64,000 bases of DNA, from assembly GCA_017399445.1 (NCBI GenBank), contig JAFQCM010000035.1:3593-67592 (forward strand), read 5' to 3'. This stretch comes from Lachnospiraceae bacterium (GTDB taxonomy: Bacteria > Bacillota > Clostridia > Lachnospirales > Lachnospiraceae). Positions 30,944 to 41,123 of the stretch are shown piece by piece. The notes under the pieces are model-generated. The model had not been told where the DNA came from, searched no databases, and worked only from the letters and a program-made list of their open reading frames with translations. The position numbers were made by a program, and so were the translations under genes. Numbering within the stretch: the first letter of the stretch is position 1; each line of letters opens with the position of its first letter.

Positions 30944-32614
30944 ATGAAAACAGATATTCAGATTGCACAGGAAGCAGAAATGTTACCAATTACAGAGGTA
31001 GTAAAATCATTTGATATTGAAGCTGATGATTTAGAATTATATGGAAAATATAAGGCGAAATTATCTGATGAATTATGGGATAAAGTAAAAGATAAGAAAG
31101 ATGGTAAACTTGTTCTTGTAACTGCCATTAATCCAACTCCTGCAGGAGAAGGAAAAACAACCATTACAGTTGGTCTTGGTCAGGCATTGAATAAATTAAA
31201 TAAGCGTACTGTCATTGCTTTAAGAGAGCCTTCTTTAGGCCCATGTTTTGGTATTAAGGGTGGTGCTGCAGGTGGCGGTTATGCCCAGGTAGTACCGATG
31301 GAAGACTTAAACTTACATTTTACAGGAGATTTCCATGCAATTACTTCTGCAAATAATCTTCTTGCTGCTTTATTAGATAACCATATTCAGCAAGGAAATG
31401 AATTAGGAATTGATACCAGACAAATCGTTTGGAAAAGATGTTTAGATATGAATGACCGTGTACTTCGTAACACAGTAGTAGGACTTGGTGGAAAAATGGA
31501 TGGTGTGGTTCGTGATGACCATTTTGTTATCACAGTTGCATCTGAAATTATGGCAATTCTTTGTCTTGCAAATGATATGAAGGACTTGAAAGAACGTCTT
31601 GGAAATATTATTGTGGCATACACAAGAGAAGGGAAACCAGTAACTGCAAAAGATTTACAGGCAGTAGGTGCTATGGCAGCTTTATTAAAAGATGCCTTAA
31701 AACCAAATGTAATCCAGACATTAGAACATACTCCTGCAGTAGTTCATGGTGGACCATTCGCGAACATTGCTCATGGATGTAACAGTGTCCGTGCTACAAA
31801 GACAGCTTTAAAACTGGCTGATATTGTAGTAACAGAAGCAGGTTTCGGTGCAGACTTAGGTGCAGAGAAATTCTTTGATATTAAGTGCCGTAAAGCAGAT
31901 TTAAAACCGGATGCAGTAGTATTGGTAGCTACTGTTCGTGCCTTAAAGTATAATGGTGGAGTACCAAAGGCAGAATTAAATGGTGAAAATTTAGATGCCT
32001 TGAAAAAAGGTATTGTAAACTTAGAAAAGCATATTGAAAATTTACAGAAATATGGAGTACCTGTAGTAGTTACTTTAAACTCCTTTATTACAGATACTCA
32101 GACAGAAACAGACTTTGTAAAAGAGTTTTGTGAAGCAAGGGGTTGTGAATTTGCACTTGCTGAAGTATGGGAGCATGGTGGTGAAGGTGGTTTAGAGCTT
32201 GCCAAGAAAGTTGTAAATACATTAGAAAACAAAACAAGCGACTTCAAACCATTATATGCAGATGAATTACCATTAAAAGAAAAAATCGAGAAAGTTGCTA
32301 CAGAAATTTATGGTGCAAAGGATGTTGCATTTGCACCAGCAGCAGCAAAAATGTTAAAAACCATTGAAGATTTAGATTATGGAAATCTTCCTGTATGTAT
32401 GGCAAAGACACAGTACTCTTTATCTGATGACCAGACAAAGCTTGGAAGACCAGAAGACTTTACATTAAATGTACGCGAAGTATATGTGAATGCGGGAGCA
32501 GGATTTGTAGTAGTACTTACTGGTTCTATTATGACCATGCCAGGACTTCCAAAGGTTCCAGCAGCAAATAATATTGATGTAGATGAAAATGGTGTTATCA
32601 CTGGATTATTCTAG
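30944..32614 (+). CDS. fhs: Formate--tetrahydrofolate ligase
   Basis: 556 aa. Motifs [32 protein letters not shown]. Confidence 0.97.
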   Translation: MKTDIQIAQEAEMLPITEVVKSFDIEADDLELYGKYKAKLSDELWDKVKDKKDGKLVLVTAINPTPAGEGKTTITVGLGQALNKLNKRTVIALREPSLGPCFGIKGGAAGGGYAQVVPMEDLNLHFTGDFHAITSANNLLAALLDNHIQQGNELGIDTRQIVWKRCLDMNDRVLRNTVVGLGGKMDGVVRDDHFVITVASEIMAILCLANDMKDLKERLGNIIVAYTREGKPVTAKDLQAVGAMAALLKDALKPNVIQTLEHTPAVVHGGPFANIAHGCNSVRATKTALKLADIVVTEAGFGADLGAEKFFDIKCRKADLKPDAVVLVATVRALKYNGGVPKAELNGENLDALKKGIVNLEKHIENLQKYGVPVVVTLNSFITDTQTETDFVKEFCEARGCEFALAEVWEHGGEGGLELAKKVVNTLENKTSDFKPLYADELPLKEKIEKVATEIYGAKDVAFAPAAAKMLKTIEDLDYGNLPVCMAKTQYSLSDDQTKLGRPEDFTLNVREVYVNAGAGFVVVLTGSIMTMPGLPKVPAANNIDVDENGVITGLF

Positions 32615-32644
32615 GAATAGATTTTAAATAAGTGAACAAGCAGG

Positions 32645-32667
32645 AGCTGACGATTTTATCGTCAGCT
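32645..32667 (+). terminator. Perfect 10-bp hairpin between fhs and folD; weak T-tract, possible partial terminator or processing site
   Basis: AGCTGACGAT-ttt-ATCGTCAGCT followed by only TT. Confidence 0.4.
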
Positions 32668-32695
32668 TTAGCTACAGAAAGGAAAGAATAAGAAA

Positions 32696-33532
32696 ATGGT
32701 TAAAATTATTGACGGAAAACAGATTTCAAAAGAGATTAAAGATGAATTAAAAGCAGAGGTAGCTGCATTAAAGACACAAGGAAAAAATGTGGCACTTGCT
32801 GTAATTCAGGTAGGAGAAGATCCTGCATCCAGTGTGTATGTAAATAATAAAAAGAAAGCTTGTGAATATATTGGAATTGAATCTTTAGCATTTCATCTTC
32901 CAGAAACCATTACAGAAGAAGAATTGTTACAGAAGATTGAAGAATTAAATCAAGATGAAAAGGTAAACGGGATTTTGGTTCAGCTTCCGCTTCCAAAACA
33001 TATAGATGAAGATAAAGTAATTAAAACGATTGTACCTGAAAAGGATGTAGATGGTTTCCATCCACAAAGTGTAGGCGCTTTAAGTATTGGTCAAAAGGGC
33101 TTTGTATCCTGTACACCGGCAGGGGTAATCCAGCTTTTAAAACGTTCCGGAATTGAAATTGCAGGAAAAGAATGTGTGGTAATTGGAAGAAGTAATATTG
33201 TAGGAAAGCCAATGGCGTTATTATTATTAAGAGAAAATGGTACTGTTACAATTGCTCATTCTAAAACGAAAGATTTGAAAGAAATAGCAAAAAGAGCAGA
33301 TATTTTGGTAGTAGCAGTAGGAAAGCCAAAAATGATTGACAGTTCATACATAAAAGAAGGCGCTGTTGTAATTGATGTAGGTATTCATAGAGATGAAAAT
33401 AATAAATTGTGCGGAGATGTTGATTATGATGATGTAGTAGAACATGTAAGTGCAATTACACCAGTACCTGGTGGTGTGGGACCAATGACAATTGCAATGC
33501 TAATGCACAATTGCGTGTCATCCATAAAATAG
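32696..33532 (+). CDS. folD: Bifunctional methylene-THF dehydrogenase / methenyl-THF cyclohydrolase
   Basis: 278 aa. Motifs [33 protein letters not shown]. Confidence 0.95.
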   Translation: MVKIIDGKQISKEIKDELKAEVAALKTQGKNVALAVIQVGEDPASSVYVNNKKKACEYIGIESLAFHLPETITEEELLQKIEELNQDEKVNGILVQLPLPKHIDEDKVIKTIVPEKDVDGFHPQSVGALSIGQKGFVSCTPAGVIQLLKRSGIEIAGKECVVIGRSNIVGKPMALLLLRENGTVTIAHSKTKDLKEIAKRADILVVAVGKPKMIDSSYIKEGAVVIDVGIHRDENNKLCGDVDYDDVVEHVSAITPVPGGVGPMTIAMLMHNCVSSIK

Positions 33533-33595
33533 TAAATAGAAGCACTTTTCTATAAATGGACAGAATATTTTGCAGGTGGAAAAAGGGGAAAGTTC

Positions 33596-35008
33596 ATGAA
33601 ATGTGAAAAATGTGGAGCAGAGATAGCAGAGGGAAAGTTATATTGTGAAAAGTGTGGTTATGGAATCCAGATAGTTCCGGATTATAATCCAGAACTAGAA
33701 GAAAGAATTGCCAAAACATTAGAAAAGATTGTACATGAAGAATTTGGAAATTTAAAGGAAAGTGAAAAAGAAACTTCTAGTAAGTTTCAAATGGAACGAA
33801 AGAAGGCCATTGGTATATTCAGTGTGATAGGAATTGCTATTTTAGGACTAGGAATCTTAATGGGAACTCATTTGAAACACAGTAATTCTTATGAATATCA
33901 GTTTACCAAAGCCGTGGAATATGCCCAGAAAAATAAAATAGAAGAGGCCACAGAGGCTTATGAAAAAGTATTGGAAATGGACCAAAACAGTAATGATGTG
34001 TGTGTTACACTTGCAAATATATATAAGCAGAAAAAGCAATATGAACTGGCAGAAGAATGTTTGAAAACAGCTATTACCAGGGAACCGGCCAATGTAGAAA
34101 ATTATAGAAAAATAATTGAAATGTACGAGGAGTGGGGCAATACTCAGGGAATTCTTTCTTTATTAGAAAATTGTGAAAATGAAGATATTAAGGTAGCCTT
34201 TCATGAGTATGAACTTTCAGATCCAACTGTAAATCTGGAAGAGGGAACTTATAAAGATATGCTTACTATTGTATTAAAAGTAGATACCAAAGAAACTATT
34301 TATTACACTTTAGATGGAAGCAAGCCAACTTTAAACAGCCCTATTTATAAAAGACCTATCACTTTGGAGGAAGGAGAATACACTCTTCGTGCTATTGCGG
34401 TGAATACCAAAGGCATGATAAGTAAAGAACTTAAGAAAAAATATACGGTAAAATTGGAAGTACCATCAGCACCTTCCGTATTTCCGGATAGTGGGGTGTA
34501 TCAGGAACCAAATGACATTTTGGTAGAAGTACCAGTTGGAAGTACAGTGTATTACACCATGGATGGTTCTACACCTGATAAAAATTCCAGAAAGTATACT
34601 AAGCCAATTCCAATGCGGTTAGGAAGCAGTGTGTTTTCTTGTGTTGTATATGATCCTAATGGAAAAGTTAGTCAGATTACTCAAAAAGAGTATACTTTGG
34701 ATTTAAACACCACATATGAGTCTCCGGAAGCAATTTCAGCAGTTCGAAATCTTATGATAAATATAGGAGAAATGTATGATTTAGAAGGGCATGCCATTGG
34801 ACTACAGGGAACCTTTTCTTTAAATTGTTATGAAGCAACTATGGTCAATGGAAAAATTTATTTACTGGTAACGAAGCGTCTCAATAACGCAGATGGAACG
34901 GTAACTGATTATGATTATAAGTACGCAGTAAATGCAGCAGATATTGGAGAAATATCAAAAGCCTATGTAAATTCAGAAGGTGTATATCGTTTTGAAGCAC
35001 CATATTAA
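33596..35008 (+). CDS. Membrane-anchored protein: zinc ribbon, TM, TPR, then two chitobiase/hexosaminidase C-terminal-like (Fn3-associated) modules and a C-terminal domain
   Basis: CEKCG..N10..CEKCG, then TM AIGIFSVIGIAILGLGILMG, then TPR-like helices. Paired modules TIYYTLDGSKP... and TVYYTMDGSTP... lie at nt about 34220-34699. Confidence 0.7.
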   Translation: MKCEKCGAEIAEGKLYCEKCGYGIQIVPDYNPELEERIAKTLEKIVHEEFGNLKESEKETSSKFQMERKKAIGIFSVIGIAILGLGILMGTHLKHSNSYEYQFTKAVEYAQKNKIEEATEAYEKVLEMDQNSNDVCVTLANIYKQKKQYELAEECLKTAITREPANVENYRKIIEMYEEWGNTQGILSLLENCENEDIKVAFHEYELSDPTVNLEEGTYKDMLTIVLKVDTKETIYYTLDGSKPTLNSPIYKRPITLEEGEYTLRAIAVNTKGMISKELKKKYTVKLEVPSAPSVFPDSGVYQEPNDILVEVPVGSTVYYTMDGSTPDKNSRKYTKPIPMRLGSSVFSCVVYDPNGKVSQITQKEYTLDLNTTYESPEAISAVRNLMINIGEMYDLEGHAIGLQGTFSLNCYEATMVNGKIYLLVTKRLNNADGTVTDYDYKYAVNAADIGEISKAYVNSEGVYRFEAPY

Positions 35009-35119
35009 AAGAAAAATGGCAATTTATGGTGGGAAATGAAAATTTCTGTTGAAAAAAGTTGAAGTATAGATTATGATTATAAAGATATTGTGTATAGTCA
35101 TACAAGTAGGAGGATAATG

Positions 35120-36010
35120 ATGTATAAGATTAATGTAAAGGAAAAACTTGCAGATAAGATTTTCCTCATGGTGGTGGAAGCACCAAGAGTAGCCCGTTCT
35201 TGCGAACCGGGACAGTTTGTCATTGTAAAAATGGACGAAAAGGGCGAAAGAATTCCTTTGACAATCTGTGATTATAACAGAGAAACCGGAGAAGTAACTA
35301 TTGTATTCCAGATTGTAGGAGCATCTACAGAACGCATGGCAGAATTAAATGCAGGAGATACATTTTCTGATTTCGTTGGACCGTTAGGACGTCCATCTGA
35401 ATTGGTTGAGGAATCTTTAGACAGCCTTAAAAATAAAAAAATCCTGTTTGTAGCAGGTGGTGTAGGAACTGCACCAGTATATCCACAGGTAAAATGGCTT
35501 CATGAAAATGGAGTAGATGCTGATGTTATCGTTGGTGCAAAAACAAAAGATATGTTAATTTTGCAGGATGAAATGGAAAAAGTAGCAGGTAATTTATATG
35601 TGGCAACAGATGATGGTTCTTATGGATTTAAAGGTTTAGTAACAGAAGTAATAAAAAATCTGGTGGAAAATGAAAAGAAAACATATGATGTATGTATTGC
35701 CATTGGACCAATGATTATGATGAAATTTGTTACAATTTTAACAAAAGAATTAAACATTCCTACGGTTGTAAGTTTAAATCCAATTATGGTAGATGGAACA
35801 GGTATGTGCGGAGCATGCCGAGTTTCCGTTGGTGGAGAAGTGAAGTTTGCATGTGTAGACGGTCCAGAATTTGATGGTCACTTAGTAAACTTTGATGAAG
35901 CTATGAAACGTCAGCAGATGTACAAAACAGAAGAAGGAAGAGCAATATTGAAACAGCGTGAAGGTGCCACACATCATGGCGGCTGTGGAAATTGTGGAGG
36001 TGACGAATAA
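35120..36010 (+). CDS. nfnA: NfnA-type FAD/NAD-binding, [2Fe-2S] oxidoreductase subunit (sulfide/dihydroorotate dehydrogenase-like)
   Basis: Motifs GQFVIV, RIPLTI, GGVGTAP. C-terminal cluster motif MCGACRV...ACVDGPEF. Start at the second of the tandem ATGs (35120), for spacing from AGGAGG. Confidence 0.82.
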   Translation: MYKINVKEKLADKIFLMVVEAPRVARSCEPGQFVIVKMDEKGERIPLTICDYNRETGEVTIVFQIVGASTERMAELNAGDTFSDFVGPLGRPSELVEESLDSLKNKKILFVAGGVGTAPVYPQVKWLHENGVDADVIVGAKTKDMLILQDEMEKVAGNLYVATDDGSYGFKGLVTEVIKNLVENEKKTYDVCIAIGPMIMMKFVTILTKELNIPTVVSLNPIMVDGTGMCGACRVSVGGEVKFACVDGPEFDGHLVNFDEAMKRQQMYKTEEGRAILKQREGATHHGGCGNCGGDE

Positions 36011-37395
36011 TGGACGTATTAAAGAGAGTACCAATTAGCGAACAGCCAGCAGACGTTCGTAATAAAAACTTTGAAGAAGTTTGTTTAGGATATACAAAAG
36101 AAGAAGCAATGGAAGAAGCTGCGCGTTGTATCAATTGTAAAAATGCACAGTGTGTTAAGGGATGTCCGGTTTCTATTAATATTCCAGGATTTATCGAACA
36201 GGTAAAAACAGGAAATATGGAAGAAGCGTTCAAAGTAATTGGAGAATCTTCTGCACTTCCTGCTGTTTGTGGACGTGTATGTCCTCAGGAAAGCCAGTGT
36301 GAAGGAAAATGTATTCGTGGTATTAAGGGTGAACCAGTATCTATCGGTAAACTGGAACGTTTCGTTGCAGATTATGCAAGAGAAAATAAAGTAGAGGTAG
36401 CACAGCCGGAAAGTAAAAATGGTAAAAAAGTAGCAGTTATCGGTTCTGGTCCTGCAGGACTTACTTGTGCTGGTGACCTTGCGAAGCTAGGATATGATGT
36501 TACTATTTTCGAAGCATTACATGAAGCTGGCGGTGTACTTGTATATGGTATTCCTGAATTCCGTCTTCCAAAGGAAACAGTAGTAAAATCAGAAATTGAA
36601 AACGTAAAAGCATTAGGTGTTAAGATTGAAACTAATGTAATCATTGGAAAATCCATTACCATTGATGAATTAATGGAAGAAGAAGGATTTGAAGCAGTAT
36701 TCATTGGTTCTGGAGCAGGACTTCCTAAATTTATGGGAATCCCTGGAGAAAATGCAAACGGTGTATTCTCTGCAAACGAATTCCTTACCAGAAACAACTT
36801 AATGAAAGCATTTATGGAAGATTATGATACTCCAATTTCAAAAGGGAAAAAAGTAGCAGTTATCGGTGGTGGTAACGTAGCAATGGATGCAGCCAGAACA
36901 GCATTACGTTTAGGTGCAGAAACACATATCGTATACAGAAGAAGTGAAGAAGAACTTCCAGCCAGAGTAGAAGAAGTACATCATGCAAAAGAAGAAGGCG
37001 TTATCTTTGACTTATTGACTAACCCTACAGAAATTCTTATAAATGAAGATGGATGGGTAAAAGGAATGAAATGTGTGAAGATGGAACTTGGTGAACCAGA
37101 TGAGTCAGGAAGAAGAAGACCACAGGTAGTAGAAGGTTCTGAATACGAATTAGAGTTAGATACTGTAATTATGGCATTAGGAACAGCACCAAATCCATTA
37201 ATCTCTTCCACTACAAAAGGATTAGATATTAATAAATGGCAATGTATCGTTGCAGATGAAACTAATGGTGCAACTACAAAACCAGGTGTATTTGCAGGTG
37301 GAGATGCAGTAACTGGTGCAGCAACTGTAATCCTTGCTATGGGTGCAGGAAAAGCAGCAGCGCAGGGTATTGATGAATATTTAAAGAATAAATAA
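36010..37395 (+). CDS. nfnB: NfnB / GltD-like NADPH-dependent oxidoreductase (small-chain glutamate synthase homolog)
   Basis: Two Fe-S motifs (CINCKNAQCVKGCP, CGRVCPQESQCEGKC) and two dinucleotide folds (GSGPAGL, GGGNVAMD). Its ATG (36010-36012) overlaps the nfnA TAA stop (36008-36010) by 1 nt (TAATG). Confidence 0.85.
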   Translation: MDVLKRVPISEQPADVRNKNFEEVCLGYTKEEAMEEAARCINCKNAQCVKGCPVSINIPGFIEQVKTGNMEEAFKVIGESSALPAVCGRVCPQESQCEGKCIRGIKGEPVSIGKLERFVADYARENKVEVAQPESKNGKKVAVIGSGPAGLTCAGDLAKLGYDVTIFEALHEAGGVLVYGIPEFRLPKETVVKSEIENVKALGVKIETNVIIGKSITIDELMEEEGFEAVFIGSGAGLPKFMGIPGENANGVFSANEFLTRNNLMKAFMEDYDTPISKGKKVAVIGGGNVAMDAARTALRLGAETHIVYRRSEEELPARVEEVHHAKEEGVIFDLLTNPTEILINEDGWVKGMKCVKMELGEPDESGRRRPQVVEGSEYELELDTVIMALGTAPNPLISSTTKGLDINKWQCIVADETNGATTKPGVFAGGDAVTGAATVILAMGAGKAAAQGIDEYLKNK

Positions 37396-37416
37396 ATTGT
37401 AGAAAGGGTGAACAAA

Positions 37417-37716
37417 ATGATTCGACATATTGTAATGTGGAACATTAAGGATGAATTTAGTGAAGCACAAAAGGCAGAAGCATGTAAGAAAATGGAAGAG
37501 GGATTTCTTCCTTTAAAAGCAAGCGTACCAAATGTGATTGATTTGCAGGTGAAGACTAATACAATAGAATCCAGCAACAGGGATTTTATGTTAATTGTAG
37601 ATTTTCCGGATGAAGAAGCATTGAAGGCATATCAAGTTCACCCTGAACATGTAAAAGCAGCTGGATACGTAAAAAGCGTTACTGTAGACAGAGTCTGCTT
37701 TGATTATGAAGTATAG
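37417..37716 (+). CDS. Dabb (stress-responsive A/B barrel) family protein
   Basis: MIRHIVMWN...; HPEH motif (YQVHPEHVKA); about 100 aa. Confidence 0.8.
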   Translation: MIRHIVMWNIKDEFSEAQKAEACKKMEEGFLPLKASVPNVIDLQVKTNTIESSNRDFMLIVDFPDEEALKAYQVHPEHVKAAGYVKSVTVDRVCFDYEV

Positions 37717-37729
37717 AAAATATTAGATG

Positions 37730-37759
37730 ATGGAAAGCAGCAGATTTGTTGCTTTCCAT
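37730..37759 (+). terminator. Hairpin after the Dabb gene (10-bp stem, poor T-tract)
   Basis: ATGGAAAGCA-gcagatttgt-TGCTTTCCAT. Confidence 0.45.
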
Positions 37760-37851
37760 TGGTTTATAATAAGAAAAGTTCAAAAAAGAAAACCGAAAAA
37801 ACTTTTTATAGAATATATCATAAATATAGACAGAATAAGGAGGAATTTCAA

Positions 37852-38751
37852 ATGGGAATGGAAGAATTTGAAAAAGAAATTGAAGCGTCTTTTCAGAAAT
37901 ATACAGAAGGGGATATTGTGACTGGTACAGTAATTGGGGTATCTGATACTGAGGTAACTGTGGATTTAGGTTCATATGCCGAAGCGATTATTCCGTTGGC
38001 AGAATTAAGTAATGATCCACGTTTTTCTATTAAAGCAGACATTGAAGTGGGAGATGAAATTACTGCAACTGTAACAGGTGAAAATGCTGAGGGTGTGATA
38101 TATCTTTCCTGTAAAAAAGCTGATGATATATTGGCTTGGGATAAGTTACAGAATATGATGGATGCAAAAGAAATTATTTCTGTTAAGATAGCAGAAAGTG
38201 TAAATGCAGGTGTGGTGACTTATTTAGAAGGAATTCGTGCATTTATTCCCGCTTCCCAGTTAGCACTTACTTTTGTGGAAGATACAGAAGAATATGTAGG
38301 AAAAACTTTAGATGTAGTTGTAATTACCGTAAATGAAGCTGAGAAAAAGCTGGTTTTATCTGCAAAGGAAGTTTTAAGAGAACGTGCCATTGAAGATAAA
38401 AACAGCAGAATTGCCAAGTTACAGACTGGATTGATTGTAACAGGTAAAGTAGAAACTTTGGCACCATATGGAGCGTTTGTTAATATTGGGGAAGATTTAA
38501 CCGGACTGGTTCACATTAGTCAGATTTGTGGCAGACACTTAAAGTCTCCGAAAGAAGTACTTAAGGTTGGAGATGAAGTTAAAGTTAAGATTTTAGATGT
38601 AAAAGATGGAAAGATTAGCTTAAGCATTAAGGCGGTAGAAGAAAAGGATGAAGTTTTAGATGATGTGGAGGAAGTACCATTTGAATATTCTTCTGGAGAA
38701 GAAGCATCTACCTCATTGGCAGCATTGTTGAAGAATATTAAGTTGAATTAA
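37852..38751 (+). CDS. S1 RNA-binding domain protein (ribosomal protein S1-like, multiple S1 repeats)
   Basis: Repeated S1 modules (G.IVTG.V..V....V.VDLG; GLIVTGKVETLAPYGAFVNIG.DLTGLVHISQI). AGGAGG 8 nt before ATG 37852; the track start 37759 adds a K-rich non-homologous tail. Confidence 0.8.
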   Translation: MGMEEFEKEIEASFQKYTEGDIVTGTVIGVSDTEVTVDLGSYAEAIIPLAELSNDPRFSIKADIEVGDEITATVTGENAEGVIYLSCKKADDILAWDKLQNMMDAKEIISVKIAESVNAGVVTYLEGIRAFIPASQLALTFVEDTEEYVGKTLDVVVITVNEAEKKLVLSAKEVLRERAIEDKNSRIAKLQTGLIVTGKVETLAPYGAFVNIGEDLTGLVHISQICGRHLKSPKEVLKVGDEVKVKILDVKDGKISLSIKAVEEKDEVLDDVEEVPFEYSSGEEASTSLAALLKNIKLN

Positions 38752-38852
38752 TTGATTTTGTAAAAATAATATGGTGTAAATTCTTTTGAATCTTAGTTAA
38801 ATTTGCATTATAGATGAAGTTATAGCCTGATTTAGGAAGAACTTATATTTAA

Positions 38853-38889
38853 CTGAAGGAGTGGAATTTCTGAAATTCCGCTCCTTCAG
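38853..38889. terminator. Bidirectional 17-bp hairpin between the convergent S1-domain gene and rlmH
   Basis: CTGAAGGAGTGGAATTT-ctg-AAATTCCGCTCCTTCAG (one G-U pair). Confidence 0.7.
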
Positions 38890-38957
38890 CCTATTGAAAT
38901 TTTATTGAATTGTTTATTTGGTAGTTCATATTTTAGTATGAAATGTGAAAACTTATC

Positions 38958-39437
38958 CTATTTATGATATGGTTCCCCAGAAATAATACGATAGCTTCTA
39001 TATATTTGTTCTAAAAGAATTACCCGCATTAGCTGGTGGGGAAAGGTCATACGACTAAAGCTTAACTTAAAGTCAGCCCTTTTTAAAACAGAATCATGAA
39101 GTCCAAGAGAGCCTCCAATAATAAACTGAATATGGCTGGTACCGTTTACACCAAGGGTCTGGATTTTTTCAGCCAGTTCTACACTGTCAAGGCTCTTGCC
39201 ATCAATAGCAAGTACAATAGTATAAGCATCATCTGAAAGCTTAGAAAGAATTCGTTGCCCTTCTTTTTCTTTGATTTGTTCTTCCACAGTTTCACTGGCC
39301 TTATCCGGCGTTTTTTCGTCCGGTACCTCTATAATATTTAATTTACAGTAGCGGCTTAAACGTTTGCTGTATTCTGAAATTGCATCCTGAAAAAATTTTT
39401 CTTTGATTTTTCCTACAGTTAATAATGTTATTTTCAT
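38958..39437 (-). CDS. rlmH: 23S rRNA (pseudouridine1915-N3)-methyltransferase RlmH
   Basis: 159 aa from MKITLLTVGKIKEKF... to GEPYHK, the typical SPOUT RlmH ends. GGAG upstream of ATG 39437. The track extension to 39596 is non-homologous. Confidence 0.95.
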   Translation of the reverse strand: MKITLLTVGKIKEKFFQDAISEYSKRLSRYCKLNIIEVPDEKTPDKASETVEEQIKEKEGQRILSKLSDDAYTIVLAIDGKSLDSVELAEKIQTLGVNGTSHIQFIIGGSLGLHDSVLKRADFKLSFSRMTFPHQLMRVILLEQIYRSYRIISGEPYHK

Positions 39438-39565
39438 AAAATCTCCATTTGGGTAGTATATTCTATGGTTAAATTGTGCATACGCGTTTAGGATAGCATA
39501 GAAGTGGAATAATAGCAAGGAATTTTGATATCTGCTCTGTTGGAAGTACAGGTTTAGATATAAAA

Positions 39566-39617
39566 AGAAACGATGATACCATGTTGAATTACACAAAGGT
39601 AAGAATCGTTTCTTTTT
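39566..39617 (-). terminator. Hairpin terminator downstream of the DUF4317 gene
   Basis: AGAAACGAT ... ATCGTTTCT with flanking A- and T-runs; large loop with an inner TACC/GGTA pairing. Confidence 0.5.
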
Positions 39618-39679
39618 AGTTAATGTTCCTGATTCAAGAATTTATGTCAGCAGGAAAGTAGCGAAAACGTGATTCGCCC

Positions 39680-40933
39680 TTATACCGTAGTATTCACACC
39701 ATTCACCGCTGCATGCTCATCCTCATCCATAGGAATCACAAGACATTTCTTCCCATCAATGATCTGAGAATGAATCTGGCTTACTTTTTCGGGTTTTACC
39801 CGCAAGATAACATCATAAGTTTTAGTAGCAGGCACATCATGCTCACCATCTTCAACCAGTACAGAACGAGTTTCTTCTAACTGCTGTTTTAAATTTTCCA
39901 CCTGATGCACCAGTTCCAATCTTTCCTTACGTTTTGCATTTACTTCCAACAATTTCGGATCTACCAAATGCTCAGCTAAAGGCATTTCCTCACCAAAGAT
40001 ATTTTCATAAGTCTTTTCGATTACCTGAGCTTTTTCTTCCGGCACACCACTGTCAGATAGAATAGAAGATATGGTACTTGGAGTTACAAAAACAGGTTCC
40101 GGTTCCACAGTTTCATCTTCTGTGAAAGGGATCAAATGATTTAAGTTATCATGAATGTCTAAAAACAGTGCTTCTGATTCCTCATCATCCTCACCAATAA
40201 CTTCCTTTACAATATTTTGGAAGGTTAATTTTTCTTCTGTAGCAGTAAATTTAGAATTACAGCCTAAACAAGAGCCTACAAATTCATTATGTGGTGCCTT
40301 AGCATCTCTTGTGTAGAACATGCAAGAATGAATGTCTGTACTGCGGTCAGAAAAGGCAGGAAATACAAAACCGGTATCCGGTGCACCTACCACCCAGTCA
40401 CGAACTCGTGGGCCAATACGGTTTTCATCCTCACGATAACCCAGTCCGGGTTTGGAAAGGGAAACAGGACAAATAGCACAAAGCAGGTATTCATAAACTT
40501 CCTCAGATTCATCTAACTTATTGTTATCAGAGGTTTTTGTCATAACATCATAAGCATCATGGAATACTAAAATCAGGTAATTTCCGGCATAGCTGTAATT
40601 ATCAATTACCAAATCAAAAAAGGCATCCATTAATTCCTCATTTTTTAGTGCTGAAGATCTTAGTCCCATAAGAAACTGTTGTTTTCCGCCACTGCCTTCT
40701 TCCTCCAAAGGAAATTCAAGATTTAAGATATTGTTTCCCACAGTACCAGACAATACCTTTTTGGCAATTTCCAGGTATTTATAAAATTCTTCTTCTTCCA
40801 GATTTAAGAAAGTTTCCCCGAAAGTAGTAATTTTATTGCGGTCTGCATCTACATAACATCCACAAAGTCTGGTAAAAGTACAGGCATCCTTTTTAAAACG
40901 TCTTTTCAGTTCTAGAATATCTTTTTTATTCAT
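39680..40933 (-). CDS. DUF4317 family protein (conserved clostridial protein of unknown function)
   Basis: 417 aa from MNKKDILELKRRFKKDACTFTRLCGCYVD..., an N-terminus I recognise as DUF4317-like. ATG 40933 preferred; the track extension to 41038 has no support. Confidence 0.75.
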   Translation of the reverse strand: MNKKDILELKRRFKKDACTFTRLCGCYVDADRNKITTFGETFLNLEEEEFYKYLEIAKKVLSGTVGNNILNLEFPLEEEGSGGKQQFLMGLRSSALKNEELMDAFFDLVIDNYSYAGNYLILVFHDAYDVMTKTSDNNKLDESEEVYEYLLCAICPVSLSKPGLGYREDENRIGPRVRDWVVGAPDTGFVFPAFSDRSTDIHSCMFYTRDAKAPHNEFVGSCLGCNSKFTATEEKLTFQNIVKEVIGEDDEESEALFLDIHDNLNHLIPFTEDETVEPEPVFVTPSTISSILSDSGVPEEKAQVIEKTYENIFGEEMPLAEHLVDPKLLEVNAKRKERLELVHQVENLKQQLEETRSVLVEDGEHDVPATKTYDVILRVKPEKVSQIHSQIIDGKKCLVIPMDEDEHAAVNGVNTTV

Positions 40934-41123
40934 AATATGTACGACCTTTCTTACATAAATTTTTGTGTAGAACACGCTGTTTATATTATAATATGGAAAA
41001 TTTGATGGGTGCAAGAGAAAAATACCGCCCTCTTTCACAAACTATTTCTTAAACTTGCCAAAAATGGAAGAAACGTGTATATTAGAACAGTATTATTTTT
41101 TGTAAAAATATAGAAGGAGGAGT

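Noticed and set aside
36372-37577. Minus-strand ORFs of 141 and 198 aa
   Set aside because: They are antisense to nfnB, which carries unmistakable Fe-S and dinucleotide-binding motifs. Their low-complexity S/P/A-rich products are typical of shadow frames.
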